Shown here piece by piece: positions 51,667 through 60,254 of a stretch of 60,254 bases of DNA (position 1 is the stretch's first letter; each line of letters begins with the position of its first letter). A model generated the notes under the pieces. That model searched no databases, was not told the DNA's origin, and worked only from the letters and a program-made list of their open reading frames with translations. The stretch covers positions 1 through 60,254 of the IMG/VR virus record IMGVR_UViG_3300046170_000297. The stretch is one strand, 5' to 3'. Made by a program: the position numbers and the translations under genes. This DNA comes from a virus (Duplodnaviria; Caudoviricetes).

Positions 51667-54624
51667 GTGAACTTAAAGTTAACAAAATCAGTCCAAGGAA
51701 TAGTACCACTGTCACAATGGGGGACAGTGGTGATACCTTTACTATACCATCTGGAGTCGCATTAAATATACAAGGTTCAGTTTCTGGATTTACTTCTACA
51801 GGTATTGATGACAATGCAACATCAGTTTCAATAACTATTGATAGTTCAGAAAATGTTGGAATTAAAAATACAAGTCCAGCGACCGCTTTAGATGTTACAG
51901 GCACAATAACTGGAGATGGATTAACTGTTGCTGGTAATGTTAGTGTAGATGGTGGTACAATCAAACTAGATGGTAATTATCCAACAGGAACATCAAACTT
52001 AGGTTTTGGAGATAATGCTTTATGTTCTATTACATCTGGTGCAAGATTTAATACAGCTATTGGAAATAATGCTTTATGCACACATACTTCAAACGATAAA
52101 AATACTGCTGTAGGAAATCAAGCATTAAGAGATAATACAGGTGGTTGTAATACAGCTGTTGGACATGATTCAATGGTTAATAACGGTGCCGGACAATGTA
52201 ATGTTGCAGTAGGACATGGTTCTTTATCTAATAATACGACAGGAGATTTTAATACTGCAGTAGGATTTAATGCATTAAATTCTAATACGACAGGAGAACC
52301 GAATACAGCAGTAGGTTTTTGTGCTTTAGAAGCTAATACAACAGGAGTTAATAGCACTGCAGTTGGTGCCAATACTTTAATAAATGCCACATCAGCAAAT
52401 AATAATACTGCCATTGGTTCTTGTGCTTTGAATGCTGCTACTACAGCAGCAAACAACACTGCAGTGGGATTTTCAGCACTTGATACTTTAACAACAGGTT
52501 GTGAAAATGTTGCAGTTGGTAGAGATACTATGTTTGCAGGTACAACAGCTTGTAGAAGTGTAGCTGTTGGTTATAGAGCATTAAAAAGTGTTGACAACTG
52601 CTGCTAATAATGTAGGAGTTGGTTATCATGCTTTGTGTACTAACACAACAGGAACTTCAAATGTAGCAGTAGGTAACAATGCTTTAAAAACTCAAACTAC
52701 AGCAGATGGTAATACAGCTATTGGTTCAGATACACTTTGTACAATTACATCTAGTGCTGGTGGAAATACAGCTGTTGGACAAAAAGCATTAGAAGATGAT
52801 ACAACAGGTTATTATAATGTAGCAATAGGTTCATTATCATTATGTCAAAACACAGAGGGTGCTTGTAATGTTGCAATCGGTAGAGAAGCATTAAGAAATA
52901 ATACAACAGCTTCAAATAACACAGCAGTTGGAAAAGATAGTTTAAAGGCTAACACAACAGGTGCAGACAACACAGCAGTAGGTGGAGAAGCTTTAATAGC
53001 AAACACTACAGGAGCAAATAATACTTCAGTTGGTAAAAACTCTATGTTGGGAAATACTGAAGGAGCAAGTAATACTGCTTTAGGAAATAATGCTTTACAA
53101 TGTAACACAACAGCAGATAACAACACAGCAGTAGGTAGATGTGCTTTAAGGTCTAACACAACAGGTGCATCAAATACAGCAGTAGGAGTACAAGCATTAT
53201 TAAGTAATACAACAGCAGACAACAATACAGCTGTTGGTAGAGAATCTCTTTGTGCAAATACTACAGGTGCAGGTAATTCTGCACTAGGTCAATCATCACT
53301 TTTTAAAAACACAACAGGAAATCAAAATACAGCAGTCGGTAGAAGTGCTTTGATTTGTAACACAACAGCTTCTAACAACACCGCAGTAGGTTTTGAATCT
53401 TTAAGAGTTAACACAACAGGTGCAAATAATACTGCAGTTGGAAAAGATTCATTAAAAGAAAATACGACAGCATCAGGAAATACAGGTGTTGGAGAAAGTG
53501 CTTTAGAAGTAACAACAACTGGTTGCTGTAATACAGCAGTAGGAAATGGTGCGTTACAAGCTAACACTACAGGTGATAATAATGTAGCAGTTGGTCAAGC
53601 CGCTTTAGCTTTTGCTACGACAGCAGATAATAACGTAGCAATTGGAAGACAAGCTTTATTTTGTAACGTAACACATGTTTCTAACACTGCTTTAGGTACA
53701 TGTGCATTATTTTGCAATACAGCTCATAATAATACAGCGGTAGGTATAAATGCATCTGCATTAAGTACAACAGCAACTTGTAATGTAATAATGGGAGTTA
53801 GTGCAGGTTCTGCTGTTACAACGGCAAGCTCAAATGTATTTATAGGTCATGAAGCTGGTAGTACTACTACAACAGGTGGTAATAGTGTTGGTATTGGTAG
53901 AAGAGCAAAAACAGGAACTACTGGCGGTTCTAACAATATAATTGGCGGAGATAGCGGAGGATCTATAACTAGTGGTTATTACAATAATGGTATGGGAAAT
54001 TCTCATTTTCCAAGTTTAACCACAGGAACAAATAATATTGCAATAGGTCATGATTCTGGTTCTAAGTTAACAACTGGTTGTGATAATATTATGATGGGTT
54101 ACAAAACATGTACCCTTTATGCATCTTCAGAAAATACTATTCTCATAGGTCATGGAGATGGTATTAATAGCTTTGTCGGTGGCGAGAACAATACTATTAG
54201 AATGGGTAAAAGAACTGCTAACATCAATAATGACTTTAGTTCAAATGCAAACTGGTCTCACTCATCAGATGCTAGATATAAAAAAAATGTACAAGACAAT
54301 ACAATAGGTTTAGATTTTATAAATGATTTAAGAACAGTTACTTATCAATGGAAAGCACAATCAGAATTAGATCCATCATTAGATGAGTATGACAAAGATA
54401 AAACTAAAGCAGATTCTTCTAAAACACAACATGGTTTAATTGCTCAAGAAGTAAAAGCAAGTATGGATAAATTAGGTATTACTGAAGATTTTGCAGGTTG
54501 GAGTAAAGATACATTTCACAAAAATGAAAAACAAAGTATTTCTGAAAGTATGTATGTAATTCCATTAATAAAAGCAATTCAAGAATTAAAAGCAGAAATA
54601 GACGAATTGAAACAAGGTAGGTAA
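51663..54624 (+). CDS. Tail fibre 3: 17-aa repeats plus S74 chaperone (indel near 52590)
   Basis: Same repeats; SDARYKKN...HGLIAQEV. Confidence 0.85.
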
Positions 54625-54630
54625 TAGGTT

Positions 54631-55347
54631 ATGGCATTTGGAATAGCAGCATTTGCAGAGACACCTTTTGCGTCACTAGCGTCTACAAACGCTTCTGTTG
54701 CAGTATCGGGTCTACAACTTACCGCTAGTTTGGGTCAAGAAACTACCCAAGCTGATGTTAATGTAAATGTCACGGGTCAATTATTAAATTCAAGTATTAA
54801 TTCAATCACTGTTGATTTAAATACACCTGTAAATGTAACAGGTTCACAAATTACAATAAGTATAGGCGAAGAAAGTTTAATTATAAATTCGACTATAAAT
54901 GTGACGGGATCTCAATTAAATTGGACTATTGGAACTTTTTCAGTTAGTGCAAATGGTAACATAAGTGTAGTTGTAACTGAACATGATATTGTATCTAGTA
55001 TAGGTTCAGTAGTTGCTACTGCAAATGCAGATATAGCTCTTACAGGTCAAAGCCTAACAATGGCTCTTGGTGAAGAAAGTGTTACTGTTGATGCTACTGT
55101 AAGTTTAACTAGTCAAACATTAAGCACTGCTATCAATGACGTAACTGTTGCAGGTAATGCAAACGTAAGTGTTACTGGTATTCAACTTACAGGATCGATA
55201 AATACACCACTAATTGTAGCTTGGGAAAATGTAGATCCAAATGTTACAAATACTTGGACTGAAGTTAATAAAGCAGTTTCTAACACGTGGACTGAGGTAG
55301 ATAAGGAAGTTTCTAACACTTGGGTTGAGGTTGATAAGGCAGCTTAG
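54631..55347 (+). CDS. Tail structural protein with V-x-V-T-G repeats
   Basis: FGIAAFAETPFAS start; NTWTEV repeats at the C-terminus. Confidence 0.65.
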   Translation: MAFGIAAFAETPFASLASTNASVAVSGLQLTASLGQETTQADVNVNVTGQLLNSSINSITVDLNTPVNVTGSQITISIGEESLIINSTINVTGSQLNWTIGTFSVSANGNISVVVTEHDIVSSIGSVVATANADIALTGQSLTMALGEESVTVDATVSLTSQTLSTAINDVTVAGNANVSVTGIQLTGSINTPLIVAWENVDPNVTNTWTEVNKAVSNTWTEVDKEVSNTWVEVDKAA

Positions 55348-55364
55348 AAAGGTTATAATTACGC

Positions 55365-56282
55365 ATGGCTTCAACATATTCATCAGATCTTAAACTAGAA
55401 CTTATGGCTACTGGCGAAAACGCTGGTACATGGGGAACTAAAACAAACACAAATTTAGAGCTTGTTCAACAAGCAATTGCAGGCTATCAAGAAATAAATG
55501 TAGCATCATCAGACGTTACATTAGATATGAATAATGGTTCTATTTCTAATGCTAGAAATATGGTTCTTAAATTTACAGGAACTTTAGCGGGAACTAGAGT
55601 AGTAACCTTACCAAACTCAATAGAAAAATTTTATGTAGTTATTGATGGCACTACTCATTCAGGAAATACTTTAACTTTCAAAACTGCTTCTGGAACTGGA
55701 TTTACGTGTGTGCAAGGAAAAAGTCATTTTGCATATTCTGATGGTACAAATTTAAATTTAATATCAGGGATACAATTAGCTAATAATACTTTAGATGCTG
55801 TGTTAGATAATGGAAATACTTCTGATGGTACTATTAATGTAAGTAATGTTACAGTAACAGCTGCAACAACTACAAATACTATTGTTGCGAGTAGCACAAT
55901 TGCTGCAGGAGGAACCATTAGTAACAGTTCTGGAGACATTACTTCTAGTGCTGGAAATGTATCTGATCAAAAAGGAGAAATTAGATTAGTTCCATTAAAT
56001 TCTAAAACAACTAGTTACACTTTAATTGCAAGCGATCATGGTAAAGTAATATCTACAACAGGATCTATAACTGTGCCTCCTAGTATATTTTCTGCTGGTC
56101 AATCAATAAGTATATTCAATAATTCAGCATCATCTTTTTCAATAACAAGAGGCTCTGGTGTAACAATGTACTGGGCACAAAATGGAACAAACGCAGATAG
56201 GACTTTAGCTACTAGAGCTGTTGCAACAATTCTTTGTGTAGCTTCTAACACTTTTGTAATTACTGGTGGAACAATAAGTTAG
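55365..56282 (+). CDS. Tail/fibre protein
   Basis: GENAGTWGTKTNTNL N-terminal motif. Confidence 0.7.
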   Translation: MASTYSSDLKLELMATGENAGTWGTKTNTNLELVQQAIAGYQEINVASSDVTLDMNNGSISNARNMVLKFTGTLAGTRVVTLPNSIEKFYVVIDGTTHSGNTLTFKTASGTGFTCVQGKSHFAYSDGTNLNLISGIQLANNTLDAVLDNGNTSDGTINVSNVTVTAATTTNTIVASSTIAAGGTISNSSGDITSSAGNVSDQKGEIRLVPLNSKTTSYTLIASDHGKVISTTGSITVPPSIFSAGQSISIFNNSASSFSITRGSGVTMYWAQNGTNADRTLATRAVATILCVASNTFVITGGTIS

Positions 56283-56291
56283 GAGGAAATC

Positions 56292-57239
56292 ATGACTCAC
56301 TATACTTTATTAGTTGGTGCTGGTGGTTGGTTTCCCATAGCAGCTTCAGGTGGAACAGAATCTACTCAAAATATTGGTGGAATAGATTATAAAGTTCATA
56401 AATTTACATCAACAGGTACATTAACAATTTCAAATGCGGGTACTCAGGGTCTTATCCAAGTATTTATGTGGGGAGGCGGTGGAGGTATTGGCGGATATTC
56501 TACATCACTTGATCCTGGAAGAAATGGTGGAGATGGTGGTGGAGGAGCTTATGCTGAAAATACATCAATTAGTATAAACGCTGAATCATTAAGTGTTTGT
56601 GTCGGTGGCGGAGGCGGAGTGGGTTCACTTAGTGCTGGCGGAGGCGGAGGAAATGCAGGCTCAGGTGTAACAATAAGTTCAACAAATTATTATTTTGGTG
56701 CAAGAGGGAGTAATGCAGGACCATCAGGAACTTCAGCTGCTGGAGGTGGTGGAGGAGGAGCTTCTGCTTTATTAAGAAGCACAACAGGTTTAATAGTAGC
56801 TGCTGGAGGTGGTGGCGGAGGTGGTGTTGAAAGAGCAGGTTTAGGTTATGCTGCTGGAAACGGTGGAGGTGGCGGAGAAAATGGTACTGCTTCACCTCAA
56901 GGTGCGTCTGGAGGAACTGCAGGTGCATCGGGTACAACAAACGGTTTATTTGACGATGCAGGAGGAGATCAATCAGCTGGCGGTGGCGGTGGCGGTGGTA
57001 CTGCTGGTGGTGGTGCTGGTGGTAATCCAGGTGGAGACAACCGAGGAGGTGGAGGTGCTGGTGGTGGTACTTCTACAGGAACAACTGTCACAAACGGAAG
57101 TGGAAGAACTCCAGGAAACAATACAGGTTACAACGATCAAGACTATGGTAAAGGTGGAGGCGGAGGTTATCCACCATCACAATCAAATGGTAATAGTGGA
57201 CTTATAGTGATAAGATACCCAATAGAGTACCCAGGATAA
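56292..57239 (+). CDS. Glycine-rich tail protein
   Basis: YKVHKFTSTG, poly-Gly runs, C-terminal GLIVIRY. Confidence 0.75.
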   Translation: MTHYTLLVGAGGWFPIAASGGTESTQNIGGIDYKVHKFTSTGTLTISNAGTQGLIQVFMWGGGGGIGGYSTSLDPGRNGGDGGGGAYAENTSISINAESLSVCVGGGGGVGSLSAGGGGGNAGSGVTISSTNYYFGARGSNAGPSGTSAAGGGGGGASALLRSTTGLIVAAGGGGGGGVERAGLGYAAGNGGGGGENGTASPQGASGGTAGASGTTNGLFDDAGGDQSAGGGGGGGTAGGGAGGNPGGDNRGGGGAGGGTSTGTTVTNGSGRTPGNNTGYNDQDYGKGGGGGYPPSQSNGNSGLIVIRYPIEYPG

Positions 57240-57242
57240 AAT

Positions 57243-59171
57243 ATGGCTTTAACAAACGTAAATATTAGACCCGGAATAAATAAAGCAGATACCCCATCAG
57301 GAGCAGAAGGACAATGGATTGATGGAGACTTTGTTAGATTTAGATATGGTCAACCAGAAAAAATAGGTGGTTACACTGCCATTGGTCAAGAAACTATAGC
57401 AGGACCAACACGTGCTCAACACACTTGGACAGATTTAGAAGGTAGAAGGTACGCTGCACTTGGCACATCAAAAGCTTTATATATTTATTATGAAGATAAA
57501 TTTTATGATATTACTCCGCTTGCATCAGCAATAACTGGAGCAACGTTAACATCTACACAAAACTCGAATACTGTTACTATTACAAAAGCTAGTCATGGAC
57601 TTGATGTCGGAGAGTTTATAACTTTTACTTCTGTAACGTTACCTGGTGGTGGAGCAACTGGTTATACAACAGCTAATTTTACTGATTTTACTTTCGAGAT
57701 TTTGACAGTACCTACTACAGGCACTTTTACAATTCAAATGAAAACTAACGAAACCGGTACTGGAATGTCAGCGGCTGGAAGTGTAACTATAAACCCTTAT
57801 GAAGAAATAGGTCCAACTATACAAACATATGGTTATGGTTGGGGTACAGGAACTTGGAGCAGATTGACTTGGGGTTCAGCAACTACTTCCTCTACTTTAA
57901 TTCTAGACCCTGGATCATGGTCACTTGATAATTTTGGAGAACAACTTATTGCAACTATTAAAGATGGTAAAACATTTGTGTGGAATCCAGGTGTTTCAAA
58001 TCCATTAGAGCAAAGAGCAACAATAATGACAGGTGCTCCAACAGCAACAAGATTAACAATTACCTCAGATAGAGATAGACACGTAGTTCACTTTGGAACT
58101 GAAACTGCAATTGGAGATAATACAACACAAGATCCAATGTTTATAAGATTTAGTGATCAGGAAAATTATAATGTATACCAACCAACTTCTGTAAACACTG
58201 CTGGAACATTTAGACTGGACACCGGAAACAAAATTGTAGCTGCAGTTTCTGGTAAAGATTATAATTTAATTCTTACTGATCAAGCTGCATACACAATGCA
58301 ATTTGTTGGTCCACCATTTACTTTTTCAATTAGACAAGTTGGTTCTAACTGTGGATGTATTGGGCAGCATGCAACTGTATATGCAGATGGTAAAGTATTT
58401 TGGATGGGCTCTGGAGGAGGCTTTTTTGTTTTTGATGGTACAGTAAAACTACTTCCGTCACTTGTTGAAGACTTTGTATTCACGACTACCGGATCAAATG
58501 AAGGAATAAATTATTCATCTAATGAAATTATATATGCATCACACAACTCTTTATTTAATGAAATAGTTTGGTTTTATCCATCAGGTACACCATCTGGTAA
58601 CCCAGCTGTTCAAAACAATAAGACAGTTGTTTACAATTACGTTGAAAATACTTGGTCTATTATGACACTTTCTAGAAGTTCTTACGCAGATGCAAGTACG
58701 TATGATGTGCCTTATGCAACAGAGTATAATTCTACTGCCACACCAACAATTTCTAATTTAAGTGGAGCGACAAATACTTTTGGTTCAACTACTTACTATG
58801 CTCATGAGGTAGGTAATAATGAAATAGCTTTAGATGGAACAGAAACTGCAATACCTGCATATATACAATCAGGAGATTTTGATCTACCTACAGAGGGGGA
58901 TGGACAATATATTCTGAGACTAAGTAGATTTTTACCCGATTTTAAAAACTTACAAGGTAATGCAGTGGTTACAATTTTTTTAAAAAATTTTCCAGTTGAC
59001 TCTGGGACATCCTCTCAATTAGGTCCTTTTACCATAAACTCTAGTACAGAAAAAATTGATACAAGAGCTAGAGGAAGACTTGCAAATATTAAAATACAAA
59101 ATACTGCAGTAGATGAGACATGGAGATTTGGAACATTTAGAGCAGACGTTAACCCAGATGGAAGAAGATAA
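57243..59171 (+). CDS. Tail stabilization/nozzle protein (P22 gp10-like)
   Basis: VRFRYGQPEKIGG, DPMFIRFSDQE and WRFGTFRADVNPDGRR motifs. Confidence 0.7.
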   Translation: MALTNVNIRPGINKADTPSGAEGQWIDGDFVRFRYGQPEKIGGYTAIGQETIAGPTRAQHTWTDLEGRRYAALGTSKALYIYYEDKFYDITPLASAITGATLTSTQNSNTVTITKASHGLDVGEFITFTSVTLPGGGATGYTTANFTDFTFEILTVPTTGTFTIQMKTNETGTGMSAAGSVTINPYEEIGPTIQTYGYGWGTGTWSRLTWGSATTSSTLILDPGSWSLDNFGEQLIATIKDGKTFVWNPGVSNPLEQRATIMTGAPTATRLTITSDRDRHVVHFGTETAIGDNTTQDPMFIRFSDQENYNVYQPTSVNTAGTFRLDTGNKIVAAVSGKDYNLILTDQAAYTMQFVGPPFTFSIRQVGSNCGCIGQHATVYADGKVFWMGSGGGFFVFDGTVKLLPSLVEDFVFTTTGSNEGINYSSNEIIYASHNSLFNEIVWFYPSGTPSGNPAVQNNKTVVYNYVENTWSIMTLSRSSYADASTYDVPYATEYNSTATPTISNLSGATNTFGSTTYYAHEVGNNEIALDGTETAIPAYIQSGDFDLPTEGDGQYILRLSRFLPDFKNLQGNAVVTIFLKNFPVDSGTSSQLGPFTINSSTEKIDTRARGRLANIKIQNTAVDETWRFGTFRADVNPDGRR

Positions 59172-59335
59172 TGGCTAAGATAAACGTATATGTACCAGAA
59201 CCACCACAAGAATATAGTGTAGAAGGATTTAGACAAATAAACCAAGGCTTAGCAACTATTGAAAATCAATTAAATACTTCATATCAACAAGACTTGAAAA
59301 ACGAACAAGATTCGTTTAATTACTTTATGCAATGA
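59171..59335 (+). CDS. Small hypothetical protein
   Basis: Coupled ORF MAKINVYVPEPPQEY. Confidence 0.55.
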   Translation: MAKINVYVPEPPQEYSVEGFRQINQGLATIENQLNTSYQQDLKNEQDSFNYFMQ

Positions 59336-59669
59336 CAATAAGATATAAAAGCGAAACATTTGATTTGACAACTACTAACGTTACACCAGTTCTAACGTGC
59401 CCTAGTGATGCAACTATTATTGTAAAAGAGTATACAAGCAGTACATGATACTGCAAGTAATGTAGATACTCATGCCATAGTTACAAAATCAGGTGGATCA
59501 GCGGTAAAAAATTTCTTATGAAGAATTAAATAAAGCAACTACAAATATGGTTAAAGGATCTTTGAATTTAGAAGCAAGTGATGTTTTATCAATGCAAGCA
59601 GGTGCAGCTAATGAGATTACAGGTATTGTTAGTTATGCTTTAATAGACCGTTCACAGGAAAATGGCTAG
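59332..59669 (+). CDS. Small structural protein (frameshifted)
   Basis: MTIRYKSETFDL...LNLEASDVL...DRSQENG. Confidence 0.55.
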
Positions 59670-59799
59670 AAAATTTAAAGACTTTGTTGAAAGAGATAAA
59701 CCTAGGAAGAGACCTAGAAGACATTGTAAGAGCCCTAATAAAAAAAAGAAGTTGCAAAATAATAAAAAATATAATAGACAAGGACGGAGACAAAAATGA
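59662..59799 (+). CDS. Highly basic 45-aa peptide
   Basis: MARKFKDFVERDKPRKRPRRHCKSPNKKKKLQNNKKYNRQGRRQK. Confidence 0.55.
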   Translation: MARKFKDFVERDKPRKRPRRHCKSPNKKKKLQNNKKYNRQGRRQK

Positions 59800-59993
59800 G
59801 TGATATAATTAAAATACCAGCAGAAGCAAAAGAAATTGTAAAACATAAAAGGACTGGTAAAGTATATGCTAGTAAAGATGATTTTGATGCTGATGTTGCT
59901 GATCCCAATACTGATACTACTGTGGATGATTTTAGACAAGACCTCGAAATTAAAGTTACTAAAGTTACTATGGGAGCTGCCACCAAAAAATAA
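59796..59993 (+). CDS. Hypothetical protein
   Basis: GGAG RBS; coupled ORF. Confidence 0.65.
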   Translation: MSDIIKIPAEAKEIVKHKRTGKVYASKDDFDADVADPNTDTTVDDFRQDLEIKVTKVTMGAATKK

Positions 59994-60254
59994 TGCAACC
60001 TCGAGGCGCAACTGAGATACAAATGGAAATGCTGAATAAGCATGTTTCAAAAGATCTCTTAGATCAATTTCAAATATGTACATCCATACCAGGTAAAGTC
60101 CCGCTAGACCCTAATAAGATAAATATACTTTGGCAAAAAAATTCTTGGGATCAACCTAATCTACAAAATTTTTTTAGAAATAAAGACAGGCACAATGAGT
60201 ATGATTGGTATGTTTTTAATAGTCATTGGAACTATGAAAAGTTTAGATACTTTT
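59993..60254 (+). CDS. N-terminal part of the GT4-like glycosyltransferase (continues at base 1)
   Basis: MQPRGATEIQ...WYVFNSHWNYEKFRYF is open to the window end. Confidence 0.8.
   Translation, partial: MQPRGATEIQMEMLNKHVSKDLLDQFQICTSIPGKVPLDPNKINILWQKNSWDQPNLQNFFRNKDRHNEYDWYVFNSHWNYEKFRYF

Noticed and set aside
46738-52607. Programmed frameshift or phase variation in fibres 1 and 3
   Set aside because: One extra base each with no slippery heptamer, and the repeat register continues across the break
44804-53567. Minus-strand ORFs with PTAVL repeats
   Set aside because: Antisense shadows of the repetitive fibre codons
44799-54624. Diversity-generating retroelement target
   Set aside because: No reverse transcriptase and no template/variable repeat pair with adenine-specific differences seen
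1-60254. tRNA, rRNA, integrase or IS elements
   Set aside because: None recognised by eye; tRNAscan and HMM searches would be needed to exclude them formally

Overview
The window is most likely a complete, circularly permuted ~60 kb genome of a low-GC marine podovirus. The last 262 nt encode the N-terminus of the glycosyltransferase whose remainder starts at base 1. Gene content and order are: family-A DNA polymerase, AEP-type primase, UvrD and SNF2 helicases, separated TerS and TerL, portal, GroES, scaffold, Mu-gpT-like capsid, P22-gp10-like tail protein and M15 endolysin. This resembles SAR11 pelagiphages of the HTVC023P/vSAG 37-F6 type (an inference, no search was run). Many essential genes are broken by single-base indels, mostly in homopolymers, which points to long-read sequencing error. 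I saw no integrase, tRNA, CRISPR array or reverse transcriptase. The most notable signals are: (1) a minus-strand small-RNA locus at 21.37-21.81 kb with its own sigma70 promoter and terminator, whose unpaired segments are complementary to an AACTAACAA motif and to Shine-Dalgarno regions at early-gene starts; (2) three paralogous 17-aa-repeat tail fibres studded with unpaired Cys, with a GT9-like glycosyltransferase between them; (3) a C5 DNA methyltransferase written in two overlapping frames, the second carrying six TRD-like modules; (4) an 18-bp palindromic operator at five promoters; (5) a dispersed, strand-biased 7-bp CACG tandem motif; and (6) a double-pseudoknot leader downstream of the capsid terminator.
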